DNA of 64,000 nucleotides. It comes from a virus. Taxonomy: Duplodnaviria; Heunggongvirae; Uroviricota; Caudoviricetes. Both the position numbers and the translations under genes were made by a program. The stretch is from positions 1-64,000 of the IMG/VR virus record IMGVR_UViG_2609459856_000007, one strand, 5' to 3'. The notes beneath the pieces are model-generated. The model was not told the origin of the DNA. It did no database searches and worked only from the letters and a program-made list of their open reading frames with translations. Numbering within the stretch: the stretch's first letter is position 1; every line of letters starts with the position of its first letter. Shown piece after piece: positions 44,073-54,663 of this stretch.

Positions 44073-44741
44073 ATGACCAAGATCTTTGTGGTTGGCGGCA
44101 CAAAGGGCGGGCCTGGCAAATCCACTGTTGCCCAGCAAATTGCCGTTTGCCTGAAAGTCAAAAAGAAGAAGAAGGTTTATATCACTGATATAGATATTCA
44201 GCGCACGACAACAAGCTGGTGTGAAGACCGTCGACAGAACGAAGACCTTGAGCTGATTCCTTTTGCATACGTTCAGGATGACATCATTAAGCACCTAAAA
44301 TCGCTTCAGGGTAGAGCTGAGTTTGTAGTGGTAGATGCTGGTGGCTTTGACTCCGAAATTCAGCGACAAGCGATGCTGATGGCCGACGTTATCATTATCC
44401 CGCTTCGTCCTAAGCGTCGTGATTTGAAATCTCTGCGTGACATCGATCCTATTATCGACAATGTTCGTAATGTAAACGATAAAGTGAAGGTCCGCGCGGT
44501 CATGAACCAGTGCCCGGCTTTGCCATCACAAGTGTCTCGCATTTTGGCGGCTAAAGAGATTGTCGAGACGGTTGGCATCGAGTCTGCGCCAGTCAATTTA
44601 TATAACCGCAACGTCTATGATGATGCGGAAGAGTCTGGTCGTTCTATCTTTGAAATGACCGGTAGCGAGCGCGACAAAAAGGCGGAAGCCGAGTTTGAAG
44701 AATTTGTAGATTATCTGTTGAGTCTGGAGGAAGAAGAATAA
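44073..44741 (+). CDS. ParA/ParF-like small partition ATPase (type Ib)
   Basis: Deviant Walker A GGTKGGPGKST; 222 aa; operator motif at 44024-44038. Confidence 0.75.
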   Translation: MTKIFVVGGTKGGPGKSTVAQQIAVCLKVKKKKKVYITDIDIQRTTTSWCEDRRQNEDLELIPFAYVQDDIIKHLKSLQGRAEFVVVDAGGFDSEIQRQAMLMADVIIIPLRPKRRDLKSLRDIDPIIDNVRNVNDKVKVRAVMNQCPALPSQVSRILAAKEIVETVGIESAPVNLYNRNVYDDAEESGRSIFEMTGSERDKKAEAEFEEFVDYLLSLEEEE

Positions 44742-45100
44742 TGTCCATGAAAATGGGTGACCTAGCAAAGCGCAAAGAGCCTGATGCACCGGCCAAGAAC
44801 ACAACTCCTTTGCGCCAACCAGTCAGACCACAGGGACGCCCGACTCGTGGCAAAGAGAAAATTAAAAGCCGCACAATGTCACTGGAGGACGAATACTTCG
44901 AACTGCTGGAAATGATGAAGTTCATCCCTCGTTTCGAGAAGTTCACCCGTTCTGACGTGATTCGCGCAGCCATTTTCCATCTGGCAGAGAAGTCACCGCA
45001 GGAAATCGAGGACATCGTGAAACTTAACGAGGCGATCACAGCTGCCGATGTCACGATGCGTACCGATGAAATCAAACGAGAGTTGATGAAGAAAGGTTAA
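44741..45100 (+). CDS. ParG-like centromere-binding protein (putative)
   Basis: 119-aa ORF translationally coupled to the ParA-like gene; basic N-terminus. Confidence 0.5.
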   Translation: MSMKMGDLAKRKEPDAPAKNTTPLRQPVRPQGRPTRGKEKIKSRTMSLEDEYFELLEMMKFIPRFEKFTRSDVIRAAIFHLAEKSPQEIEDIVKLNEAITAADVTMRTDEIKRELMKKG

Positions 45101-45152
45101 AAATTATGCATTGGCGCAATGTACGCGCCAATGCATAAGTACAGTGTCAGCT

Positions 45153-45920
45153 TTATGCCGCGCTAACACTATGTTCATTCCTAACCACCCCAACCTTCAC
45201 AAAAGGGCTGCCGTAGCTTGGTGGCTTCTTGATTAATTTGCCTACATACAGTTTTCTAATATGCTCATCGGCTATTCTGCCAACAAATTCATAACGTTTT
45301 GTGTCGGGGCCAAGAGCTATATCCCTTGTAAAGTACTGCTGAGAACCGGCTTTGACCCAGCATTCAATCTGATAAACTTCCATTATCAGGCCCCCATATG
45401 TAGCGTAGGCATATTTGAGATTCTCGTCTCTTGGAACCTTTGCCCATACGCCACGCGTAGCTTCATATAATGCCAGAGCGGACATTCCTGACTTGTAGGT
45501 GCTGTTTAGCAGGAAGGCAAGACCGGCGTGCTCAGGAGCAATTTCAGTTTCCTCTTGCAGCACTAAGTGATGGTAGGCGTCCAGTGATATTCTGCCCATC
45601 ATGGAACCACTTCCTCGTACCTTATTCGTAAGCTCTCCGACCCCCATAAGGTCGATGCATGTCGCCTCAACAAGTTTGGCTGTGGTTTCATCCATACCAT
45701 GACGAAGAATATCTATGCCTAATTTTTTATTAGCCAAAAGTTCTTTGATCCGCATGGATTTGGGAGAGTCATCGGGATACTTGATGTGATCGAGACAACG
45801 AGTCGATTTGCCTTTTCCTATGTAAAACGGTCTTTTCATCTTGTCTTCTGTATCATAGAGACAGTAAACATAGTATTTAGCCTTATCCAATGATTTCGCG
45901 TATACCGATAAATCGTCCAT
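45153..45920 (-). CDS. GIY-YIG nuclease domain protein
   Basis: N-terminal YYVYCLYD...FYIGKGK GIY-YIG motif; 255 aa. Confidence 0.65.
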   Translation of the reverse strand: MDDLSVYAKSLDKAKYYVYCLYDTEDKMKRPFYIGKGKSTRCLDHIKYPDDSPKSMRIKELLANKKLGIDILRHGMDETTAKLVEATCIDLMGVGELTNKVRGSGSMMGRISLDAYHHLVLQEETEIAPEHAGLAFLLNSTYKSGMSALALYEATRGVWAKVPRDENLKYAYATYGGLIMEVYQIECWVKAGSQQYFTRDIALGPDTKRYEFVGRIADEHIRKLYVGKLIKKPPSYGSPFVKVGVVRNEHSVSAA

Positions 45921-46293
45921 TATTGCATCTCTTAGCTACTGACTAATGCGTTCTATTTTACACATAAGTGTTTAATCAATTTTACAGGCTCAAAGTGTAG
46001 AGCTTCTGGGTGTCTAAGACGACAAGTTATGCCTGTTTCTGTATATAAATAATAAGTAACTTATTAAATATATACGGAAGCAGGTCTTTTAAAAGACACC
46101 CACCAGAACAACTCCCTTCCGTTTCCACTTCCCAAAAATATCTCCAGTCGCTATGATTCGCTAACTTAGATAAGTAAGTACATACCTATTAAAGGGAATC
46201 ATGTGAGCCAGATCTTCTTCAACACTATCGACAATGACCAGTACGATTTCATGACAGAGTGGAATACTGATACCGGTTTACGATCTGGATGGC

Positions 46294-46836
46294 GTGATGA
46301 AGACCTTCCAGGGTCGTGACATTACCGGTGCAGCAGAACGCCGGTATCTGTTCCCCATGCAGCTGCCAGCATCGGGTAAATTTCTCTACAACGGCCACAA
46401 TGCAGTCGGCAAACAGACTGTAGTTGTCTGTGAGGGGGCGTTCGATGTTATGGGGGTTAAACGAGCTATTTTTGATGAAGAAACATTACGCGATTACGTG
46501 GAACCGATAGGAACGTTCGGGATGCATCTATCTGGTAACACCACTCAGGATGCAGAAGATCAGTTGGGCGCGTTCCTGACGCTCAAGGCGCGTGGATTAC
46601 GTAATGTGATTATGATGTGGGATAGTGAAAAGCAAGCTATACGCAACACGATGGCCGCAGCCAGGCGACTGACCAGTATCGGTCTTAATGTCAAAGTAGC
46701 GTGTTTGGGCGAGGAAGGACTCGACCCCGGCGATGCGACACCGGGGCAGATTATCAAAGCCTACTATTGCGCAAAACCTTATTCACGACAGCTTGAACTT
46801 TTAAGCAAGGTAAAAGGCATAGCTGCATTAGTTTGA
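46294..46836 (+). CDS. Toprim-domain protein (primase-like), possibly 5'-frameshifted
   Basis: VVVCEGAFDVMG Toprim-like motif; an upstream 39-codon ORF (46203-46319) in another frame overlaps the start. Confidence 0.45.
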   Translation: MMKTFQGRDITGAAERRYLFPMQLPASGKFLYNGHNAVGKQTVVVCEGAFDVMGVKRAIFDEETLRDYVEPIGTFGMHLSGNTTQDAEDQLGAFLTLKARGLRNVIMMWDSEKQAIRNTMAAARRLTSIGLNVKVACLGEEGLDPGDATPGQIIKAYYCAKPYSRQLELLSKVKGIAALV

Positions 46837-47973
46837 ACCAGTATTAGTCACATACACATTGACCGAAAATGATTTAACTTCAGTATTGAAGTTGTCAGTC
46901 ATTACCGCGAGGTAGGCATTCTTGGTATCTCTGAATTGCTTCAGGATGATTTGAACGTTATCGGTGCAAACAAACGAGGTAGCCAGATTGCCTCCTTTCT
47001 CTGAAAAATCCTTCAGGAAGGTGCAGTCAACTTTGCCATCATTAGCGGTGAAGGTAGCATCATCACCCTGCCAGGTAAATGTAGCGTTAACGCCCTTATC
47101 AATGGATTTAGCAATAAGTCGCTGGGTGGCGGATTTTGTTTTGGCTTTGGAAGCCGGCGCTCGATATTTGCCGCTTTCTTTCAGTTCAGCAATGTATTTA
47201 CAGCCGCTTTTATCTCCTTTATCGCAAGCGGCCTGATAAAAATCGGCTGCTTTTTTATAATCCTTTTTAACACCCTCGCCATTCTCATACATAATGCCAA
47301 GATTTGTCATGGCATCGACGTTTCCGAGTTCAGCAGCTTTTTTATACCACTTAATTGCTTCGGCATCGTTTCGTTTAACACCTAAACCATCATCGTATAA
47401 GGTGCCTAATGCGAACATACCATCTGAACTACCTTGATCCGCCGCTTTTTTGTAATAAGCAAAAGCCTTTTTATAACTCTTTTGTACATTTTTACCATGT
47501 TGGTAATACACCCCAAGAAGGTAAGTAGCCTTAACATACCCGGCATCAGAGGCTAATTTGAAGTATTTAATGGCGAGTGCATGATCTACTTTACCAAGCA
47601 TCCCCTTTTGATAAATAGCACCAAGATTGTTGTAGGCTCTACCTTCACGGGCATCTCCCGCAAGTTTGTAGTACTCAACAGCTTTATTTAGGTCTTTATC
47701 TACACCCTCGCCAAATGTGTACATAACTCCAAGTGCATAATATGCTACTTTATCTCCCTTTTCTGCAGCTAGATCAATCCACTTCTTGGCCTCAACTACA
47801 TCCTTATCAAAACCATTGATACCATCAAAATAATTTGTCCCTAACTCACTTTGTGCTGCGGTATCCCCTGCGTTAGCGGCTTCTATCAGCGTTTGTTTAT
47901 TGTCTGCGTTAACGAATCCAGAGCTAAAAAGCAAAGTTAATGCCAGCAACGATGAAGATTTTATGTATTTCAT
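46828..47973 (-). CDS. secreted Sel1-like repeat protein
   Basis: Signal peptide MKYIKSSSLLALTLLFSSGFVNA; repeated Sel1/TPR-like units; track ORF extends to 48018. Confidence 0.7.
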   Translation of the reverse strand: MKYIKSSSLLALTLLFSSGFVNADNKQTLIEAANAGDTAAQSELGTNYFDGINGFDKDVVEAKKWIDLAAEKGDKVAYYALGVMYTFGEGVDKDLNKAVEYYKLAGDAREGRAYNNLGAIYQKGMLGKVDHALAIKYFKLASDAGYVKATYLLGVYYQHGKNVQKSYKKAFAYYKKAADQGSSDGMFALGTLYDDGLGVKRNDAEAIKWYKKAAELGNVDAMTNLGIMYENGEGVKKDYKKAADFYQAACDKGDKSGCKYIAELKESGKYRAPASKAKTKSATQRLIAKSIDKGVNATFTWQGDDATFTANDGKVDCTFLKDFSEKGGNLATSFVCTDNVQIILKQFRDTKNAYLAVMTDNFNTEVKSFSVNVYVTNTGSN

Positions 47974-48205
47974 ATTTTTTGTTCTGTTGATATAGGATGA
48001 ACAGTTTAGACGCGGCAAGCGTCAAGTGTGCGAAAAGGGTACTTAAATTTAGTTAATATGTCAGCTTTGTTGATTTAGTTTATGGTCGGTAAAGTTACTG
48101 GGAAACTAATAACCATAAGAAATAGTACGCCATTTAATTATTGTGGCACTGCTCGTGTTTTGATTAACTAATACCTGCGATAAATATAAATAAAGGGAAG
48201 CCAAC

Positions 48206-48619
48206 ATGAGCAAAAATAAGCTGATTTTAACAGGAGCTTTATTGTCTTTGTTTGCTTTAGTGGGGTGTAAGCCTACAGACGAGAAGGCTATTGCTCTGGG
48301 CCAACAAGCAATTGCGGATGATATGAAAGATCCCACGTCGGTGATGTTTAGGAAAGATAAGTTTGTCAGGACTGATCATAATGACGGGAGAGTTACCGGT
48401 TTTGTGTGTGGTGAATTAAACGCCAAAAATGGCTTTGGTGCATACGTGGGCTACCACTCATATGTTGTCGAACTTGAAATGAAACCAAAGGGCATGTTTT
48501 CTAAAGGTGTGGAATACAAAATCCTCATGAAGTCATTGGCACCAAACGAGCCTCATGATTTACAGCGTTATAAGCAGGTCTACAGAGAGATGTGCAACAG
48601 TGAGGCTGTAGCTCATTAA
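48206..48619 (+). CDS. lipoprotein (hypothetical)
   Basis: Signal peptide with lipobox LVGC. Confidence 0.55.
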   Translation: MSKNKLILTGALLSLFALVGCKPTDEKAIALGQQAIADDMKDPTSVMFRKDKFVRTDHNDGRVTGFVCGELNAKNGFGAYVGYHSYVVELEMKPKGMFSKGVEYKILMKSLAPNEPHDLQRYKQVYREMCNSEAVAH

Positions 48620-48743
48620 TGTGAATGCCGGGCTTATCGTCTGCCTGGCTTCTTCGTATAGCAGACTATTGCGCCCGATATAATAAGTAGATACTTACTT
48701 ATTTTTCTGAAAGAATACTTTCATCTGTTAGTCAGGAGTTGCT

Positions 48744-49556
48744 ATGAAAGAAGAATTTCAGAAGTTAGTCTGCGACATCATCGACAAATCCGGCGTAGAA
48801 ATTGATGCAGAAGAGCGCCAGAAGATTATCGACGAGGCGATCCAAACTGCGCTGGAGCATATCGCCACGTCCGTGAGCGCCGCACCTCTTTCGGAAGGCT
48901 CGAAATACATGCAGGTCTGGGTTCGTTTTGGAGAGTCCCCGGAGTTGCCAGGTGTTAAGCAGAAACGCGCGGCACTTGTGGCGTTCTCTCGCGAGATGAA
49001 AGACGCAACGGTCGAAGTGAGTACCGGTGCATGGTACGACGGCCGCATTGTCTACACTAATCAGGCTGTCTACACCAATCAGACTGTGTGCAATGAAGGT
49101 GAACGGTTTGAGGATATTGTCGACGCAACTCTTCGCACGCTCAAAGTCAGAGCTGAAGTGGCGGATGACCCGTCCATCGCGGCGTTCCTGAGTATTGTCG
49201 AACAGTCTGAAGTTACCGAGCGCGTAACAGATCTGACAACTCCACCTGGTTTGCTGGAATTGGTGGTCAGTGGCGATATCAAAAAAGCCGTTGAGCGCAT
49301 TCGTGAGGTGGAATACGGCATTATCTGCGATATGTGCCGCAGCGACTTAGACCTGGTGCGCATCATTGTCGACGCGGGTCAGGCATGTGACGGAGTACTC
49401 GCCAGTTTTGCAGGGCAAGTGGCTCGTCTGGCCAACGAATTACCCATGATTAAACAAGAAGCCAAATCCTACGCCGTCCACCATGCCAACGATTTACTGG
49501 ACCCATACCGGTTCGAAGCTGCTCAGGACAAAATGACTGGCTGGGCGACCTGGTAA
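48744..49556 (+). CDS. hypothetical protein (270 aa)
   Basis: ORF followed by GCCCC-CTCGT-GGGGC hairpin (about 49575-49598). Confidence 0.5.
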   Translation: MKEEFQKLVCDIIDKSGVEIDAEERQKIIDEAIQTALEHIATSVSAAPLSEGSKYMQVWVRFGESPELPGVKQKRAALVAFSREMKDATVEVSTGAWYDGRIVYTNQAVYTNQTVCNEGERFEDIVDATLRTLKVRAEVADDPSIAAFLSIVEQSEVTERVTDLTTPPGLLELVVSGDIKKAVERIREVEYGIICDMCRSDLDLVRIIVDAGQACDGVLASFAGQVARLANELPMIKQEAKSYAVHHANDLLDPYRFEAAQDKMTGWATW

Positions 49557-49637
49557 GCCTCGATAAAACATTTAGCCCCCTCGTGGGGCTTCTTTAAACT
49601 GCGATTAATAAGTAAGTACAAGATTACGGTTAGAAGC

Positions 49638-50114
49638 ATGTCCACAAGAACAGATTTGTCGAAAATCCCGTCTATCTCCGGAAACAACGGTTATTCGCTG
49701 CGCTGCCCGGAAGTGAAGCTCAACGGCCATGAGGCTCATTGCAGCTATACAGTCTGCCAACACACGATCCTCGCCTATAAAGAAAAACGTCTCCCGGCTA
49801 CATCGTTCCAGTCCTGTGCTGCGGCTATTGCTGCTGGTAAATGTCAGGCACTGAAAATGATGGTCGAAGAGATCCGCAAAGGCGAACAGCTCTACTTCAT
49901 CGATATGTCTTCACTTATCAAAGAAGTGGAAGAGCAAAACGACCATGCCAGAACGCTCCCCCGGAAGCGAAACACCGCGACAATTGACAGTCTTATTCAT
50001 CGCACGAAGAAAACAGAACCTGCTAAATCCGAAACCAAGCCCACCGATTCACTGGCGCCGGTCACTGACGTGTACGCGGCACTCATTGAAGAAGCAACCA
50101 AAGAAAACACATGA
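49638..50114 (+). CDS. hypothetical protein (158 aa)
   Basis: ORF preceded by a TAAGTA-type palindrome. Confidence 0.45.
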   Translation: MSTRTDLSKIPSISGNNGYSLRCPEVKLNGHEAHCSYTVCQHTILAYKEKRLPATSFQSCAAAIAAGKCQALKMMVEEIRKGEQLYFIDMSSLIKEVEEQNDHARTLPRKRNTATIDSLIHRTKKTEPAKSETKPTDSLAPVTDVYAALIEEATKENT

Positions 50115-50148
50115 AAACTCCCGAGCGACCGATGGAGGTTAAACACTA

Positions 50149-51471
50149 ATGGAAAAACTGATCGCCCTAAAGCACAAGCTAGATGCTATTAAAACGATGG
50201 GAACCAACGCCAAGAAAGAGGCGCTGGCCAATCTGGATGAATTTGAACAGAGCATGGTCTCGCTAATGCTCAATCCATTCATTCGATTCGGTGTGAAGAA
50301 GTACAAAGTGGCCGAGCCACTCGATACTTCCGTACCCAGCGACCAGAAGGTAGTAGATCTGCTGGAGAAGCTGGCAGCGCGCGAACTGACCGGGAACATC
50401 GCTATTGCTGCTGTCGAATCACTCGTTGCCTCGATGTGCGCTGACGGGCAGGACGTGTTTCGTCGCTTCCTGCTGAAAGATCCGAAAGCCGGTGTCGGCA
50501 TCAGCCTGTGCAACAAGGTGTTCGCAAACCCAATTCCGAAGTTTGAGGTACAGCTGGCGTCTCCGTACAAGGAGAAAGGCGACAAATACCCATTTAAACC
50601 AAATCCAAAGGCCAAGTGGCCAATGATCGGCAGTCTCAAACTCGATGGTCTCCGGGTTATCTGCGAAGTCATCGTGGACGAGGGTGAGGTCAATTTCCTG
50701 ACGCGCACCGGCAATCCGATTACGTCACTCGATCACCTTAAACCAGCCATGCTGGAGCGGGGCAGACTCTCCGGCTTCAATCACATCTTCTTCGATGGAG
50801 AGGGCACTGCAGATACATTCAACCAGTCAGTGTCGGCGCTTCGTAAGAAGAACGTGAAAGCCATTGGTGCCGTTTACCACATTTTCGATTTCTTCTTACC
50901 GGAGTGGCGTGCTCAGGCAAAAAGCAAAGAGTACCTGAAGACCGGTATGAAGCTGAAAGAGCGCCTGGCTATGCTGGTGGCGTTGTTCCGCAACACTTGC
51001 GTGGAAGATTATGCGCAAGATATCCACCTTCATCCGTTCTACATCATCCATAACCATGAAGACTTTATCGAACGCTTCATGAAGCGCCTGGACGAGAACG
51101 AAGAGGGAGAGATGGGCAAAGATCCGGATTCTGTTTACGAGTTCAAACGCACCCGCAGCTGGTGGAAGCTGAAAGACGAGGATTCAGAAGACGGTGAAAT
51201 CATCGACTTCGAGCCTGGCGATCCGGATTCTGGATTTGCGCATACGCTAGGCAAGATAGTGATTCGTCTGGAGAACGGCGTCATCGTTCGTGCCAGCGGT
51301 ATCAAGCATAAATACCTGGATGAAATCTGGAACAATCAGGAGAAGTATCGTGGACGCATCGTTGAGGTTCACTGCCATGAGAAAACGCCAGATGGTAGCT
51401 TGCGTCATCCACGTCTGAAGTGGCCTAAATGTCTTCGAGATACCGAAGATCGTATTGGAGATAAGGAATGA
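50149..51471 (+). CDS. ATP-dependent DNA ligase
   Basis: Nucleotidyltransferase motif I KLDGLR (adenylation lysine) and downstream ligase-like motifs; 440 aa. Confidence 0.75.
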   Translation: MEKLIALKHKLDAIKTMGTNAKKEALANLDEFEQSMVSLMLNPFIRFGVKKYKVAEPLDTSVPSDQKVVDLLEKLAARELTGNIAIAAVESLVASMCADGQDVFRRFLLKDPKAGVGISLCNKVFANPIPKFEVQLASPYKEKGDKYPFKPNPKAKWPMIGSLKLDGLRVICEVIVDEGEVNFLTRTGNPITSLDHLKPAMLERGRLSGFNHIFFDGEGTADTFNQSVSALRKKNVKAIGAVYHIFDFFLPEWRAQAKSKEYLKTGMKLKERLAMLVALFRNTCVEDYAQDIHLHPFYIIHNHEDFIERFMKRLDENEEGEMGKDPDSVYEFKRTRSWWKLKDEDSEDGEIIDFEPGDPDSGFAHTLGKIVIRLENGVIVRASGIKHKYLDEIWNNQEKYRGRIVEVHCHEKTPDGSLRHPRLKWPKCLRDTEDRIGDKE

Positions 51472-51647
51472 TGCTCGGCTGGATGTTTGTATTTTTAGTC
51501 GTCGGCATTGTTATCGGAAGTCTGGTTATGTCCAGCTGTATCCACGATTACGTAAAAGCCGGTGTCATGCAAAGGCGAGGTCGTATTTATCGCATAGTAG
51601 ATATCACGGACACACTGAAGGAGATTAAGGATGATCATGTTAAGTAA
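51468..51647 (+). CDS. small membrane protein (59 aa), low confidence
   Basis: ATG overlapping the ligase stop; one hydrophobic helix; below the ORF track size cutoff. Confidence 0.3.
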   Translation: MMLGWMFVFLVVGIVIGSLVMSSCIHDYVKAGVMQRRGRIYRIVDITDTLKEIKDDHVK

Positions 51648-51843
51648 ACGAGAGAAGGAAACCCTGCGTGAAATCAGCAAGTGGAAGGAGTTCTACGCCA
51701 ACTGGAAGCCGAAGACCAGAGCCAAACTGGAGCGCATGAATCTTGTCGCCAACGTTTCTCCAAAGGGATGTATTGAGAACTATCAACTGACTGAAAAAGG
51801 TTATTTGTTGTTGCAGCAATTGACTGAGGCGGGGGCATACTGA
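51631..51843 (+). CDS. small hypothetical protein (70 aa)
   Basis: ORF. Confidence 0.4.
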   Translation: MIMLSKREKETLREISKWKEFYANWKPKTRAKLERMNLVANVSPKGCIENYQLTEKGYLLLQQLTEAGAY

Positions 51844-51991
51844 TGATTCCATACATCATTTTATCATTCACTGGTGGCGTGGGCCTCGGCCTCGCAATCT
51901 GCCGCGCCCTGGTCCAGCAGGAACTGAAAACCAAAACACTTCGTGTCGGTAAGCGTGTGTATCGGGTTGTTCACGAGACGGGAGTGCGAAA

Positions 51992-52297
51992 ATGAGCAAT
52001 TTGACTTCCTTCGACTGGTGGCTGGCAACCTACCTTGTTGCGGCCGGCTTCGGATTTGCCTTTTACGTTGGTCAGTTAATCGTAAAGCTACTGCTGATCA
52101 GATTCCCCAGCCATAAACGCATAGACGACGGTCTGTGGCGTCTGGGGTCCCTGTTAGAGACGCATTACGGCGAACTCAAGGAAAACGAAACTATCACTAT
52201 TCAAGCGAAGCGTTTTACCGCCATCATCACGAGAACTCCGGAACAAAAGGGGAGCCTGATCAAAAAGATAGCAACTAAACGCATTACAGATAGATAA
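51992..52297 (+). CDS. small membrane protein (101 aa)
   Basis: N-terminal hydrophobic helix. Confidence 0.4.
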   Translation: MSNLTSFDWWLATYLVAAGFGFAFYVGQLIVKLLLIRFPSHKRIDDGLWRLGSLLETHYGELKENETITIQAKRFTAIITRTPEQKGSLIKKIATKRITDR

Positions 52298-53040
52298 GTA
52301 TTTACTTACTTATCTAATATGTATAAGATCACTTTGTTTTCGTTGAGATGCGACTGTTTGAACGTTAAATATAACTGCAAACGAAGATGCATACCTGGCA
52401 GTAGCCTAAGAAGCCAAACACCAGCGAGGTCAGTTTCCAGCCTCGTTACCAAAATGGGACACACTGAGCGAGTGTGATTGCAGAACGCAGAATAGGGCAT
52501 ATTGCACCATCCATGCCCTATTCAATGAAGTAACAGAATGGGCGGTTGGTTTCATCATTCCATTCATCCATCCCGGTTTCAGCTGACCGTCCATTCTGTT
52601 ACGTCATTTCCATTACTTATGTCGTTTATACTTGGGTTAAAAGCGGCGACGTAACCCGGCTGACTTGGTTAGTCAGCACATAACGTTGAGATCACTGATT
52701 TTTCTTAAAATCATACAGGCGATTCCACATAGCTGTAGCGACTGATCAATATGTTGGGTTGAACATTAATCGGTTCAGTGATCTCAACGTTGTGAAAGCA
52801 GGATTAATTAACCCTCTAGTGAAAACATTGTTGCCTTTATTGCCCCTGGCTTCACAACATGTATGATTCCATACATCCAATAAGATCGAAGAATCTAACG
52901 GCAATCAACCACCGAGAAAGATTCCAGATCTTCGCTCATATGAGCGAGCCACATGCCTCGTCTGGTACTAACGTAAAGTGCAAGTTGCGGGAAAGTTTCT
53001 GGCTGCCTGGTTGTCCATAAGCTAGTACCGCCGCGAAAAT

Positions 53041-53115
53041 GATGGTGTAGCTCAGTGGTAGAGCGGTTGACTGTTAATCAACTGGTCGGTGGTTCGAGTC
53101 CACCCACCATCGCCA
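53041..53115 (+). tRNA. tRNA-Asn (anticodon GTT)
   Basis: Cloverleaf folded by hand: acceptor GATGGTG/CACCATC, D-arm GCTC/GAGC, anticodon stem GTTGA/TCAAC with loop CTGTTAA, T-arm GGTGG-TTCGAGT-CCACC, discriminator G plus CCA. Confidence 0.85.
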
Positions 53116-53267
53116 ACATAGCGCTGAACGGTTTGGATTCGCCACCACCGTCCGAACGAAAGACTCCGCAAATGTCGCCAGACCGTTCAGCGCTGTGATA
53201 GACACGGCAGACGTTTTTTAACCATTGCTTCTAAGCATCGTAGCAACACTTTTTTCAGCGCAAAATC

Positions 53268-53291
53268 CAAAGGGGCTTCGGCCCCTTTTTG
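53268..53291 (+). terminator. rho-independent terminator
   Basis: AGGGGC-TTCG-GCCCCT hairpin followed by TTTTTG. Confidence 0.65.
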
Positions 53292-53311
53292 CTATCTTAT
53301 CTCTTGGTAAT

Positions 53312-54088
53312 ATGGGAAACAAACGTAAACAGGCGCGTCGCGCAGTCCGACAGGCACTGAAGTCAAAGCCACGTATCCAGGACTACGAAATTGATACAAT
53401 CATCGTTAACGAGCAGGCTGTACACCCTACTCTGCCACCCACCAAGCCTAAACGCGACAAATCCCCCATCGAAGCGCTTAACGAGGCCCAGGCTCACTAT
53501 CTTATCTCCCTAGATACCAAAGCTCTGACTTTCGCCACTGGTGAAGCAGGTTGCGGTAAGACTTACCTGGCTGCCACCGTCGCTGCGCAGCGTCTGTTGG
53601 ATAAGGAAGTCGAGAAGATCATCGTTACGCGTCCCGTATTGCAAGCAGAAGAAGATCTGGGCTTCCTTCCGGGTGACATGAGCGAGAAGTTCGCTCCGTT
53701 CTTTCGTCCCGTTTATGACGTGCTAAAGAAGCGTTTGGGTGGCTCATTCCTTGAATATTGCTTAAAGCCAGAGGTGGCCAAAGTAGAAATTGCTCCCTTC
53801 GCTTATATGCGTGGGCGCACGTTCGAGAACGCAGTAGTCATTCTTGATGAGGCGCAAAACGTTACAGCGTCACAAATGAAAATGTTCCTGACCCGTATGG
53901 ACGAGAATGTTACCGTCATTGTGAACGGTGATATTACTCAATGTGATCTGCCCGGTAACGTTAAGTCTGGTCTGGAAGATGCTCTGGCTCGTTTTAGACC
54001 TTCCGCCCATGTTGGCCTTGTTGAGTTTACGACCGAAGACTGCGTGCGATCAGAACTATGCAAAATCGCACTGGAAGCCTATCAGTAA
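53312..54088 (+). CDS. PhoH-family ATPase
   Basis: Walker A GEAGCGKT, Walker B VVILDEAQN; track ORF starts at 53225 but ATG 53312 lies after the terminator. Confidence 0.75.
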   Translation: MGNKRKQARRAVRQALKSKPRIQDYEIDTIIVNEQAVHPTLPPTKPKRDKSPIEALNEAQAHYLISLDTKALTFATGEAGCGKTYLAATVAAQRLLDKEVEKIIVTRPVLQAEEDLGFLPGDMSEKFAPFFRPVYDVLKKRLGGSFLEYCLKPEVAKVEIAPFAYMRGRTFENAVVILDEAQNVTASQMKMFLTRMDENVTVIVNGDITQCDLPGNVKSGLEDALARFRPSAHVGLVEFTTEDCVRSELCKIALEAYQ

Positions 54089-54145
54089 GAGAGTTATACA
54101 GCCTCGATATCCAGCCATTTGGTGGCTCTCCCAGATTAAACCCAA

Positions 54146-54178
54146 CAAAAAGCCCCTTACGGGGCTTATTTATTTTTG
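54146..54178. terminator. bidirectional rho-independent terminator between convergent genes
   Basis: AAAAAGCCCC-TTAC-GGGGCTT hairpin flanked by A-run and T-run. Confidence 0.65.
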
Positions 54179-54663
54179 GCTGTTACTAGAACGCGTCGTT
54201 TCTGTCTACCAAAACCTCTAGTAGTAACGACTCTGACTTTCTGAGCGACATCACTTTCATTTACAGGAACCATCTGCCCCGTACTTGCATCATAAGTAAA
54301 AAGCTGCCCATCTCGAGGCTCATTCGGTGAGATCAATGCCGCAGCTTTAACATTCATATGTGGTCTAAATGCGTACGCAACACCTGTAGCGGTTGCACTT
54401 TTGCGTCCCCGACCATCAGTAATCAAGCCAGTAAACATTCCAAATTTTCTCGGTACAATTCGGCGACGAAATTTTGGTGTAGAATTTTCAATGATTGTTT
54501 TTATGGCAGAGGTAGTAGTGCGGGCAGGCTCCGCATTTTCAGAAGAGGATGCGACTACTGTAGTTTGGCCCGCATCGATGGCTCGATTCATAGCATCGAT
54601 ACGTTCAGCCTGGCGAGCACGATATTGCTCAAGCCGTGTAGAATTTTGGCGTTCGTAAGACAT
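54166..54663 (-). CDS. hypothetical protein (165 aa)
   Basis: ORF. Confidence 0.45.
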   Translation of the reverse strand: MSYERQNSTRLEQYRARQAERIDAMNRAIDAGQTTVVASSSENAEPARTTTSAIKTIIENSTPKFRRRIVPRKFGMFTGLITDGRGRKSATATGVAYAFRPHMNVKAAALISPNEPRDGQLFTYDASTGQMVPVNESDVAQKVRVVTTRGFGRQKRRVLVTAKNK

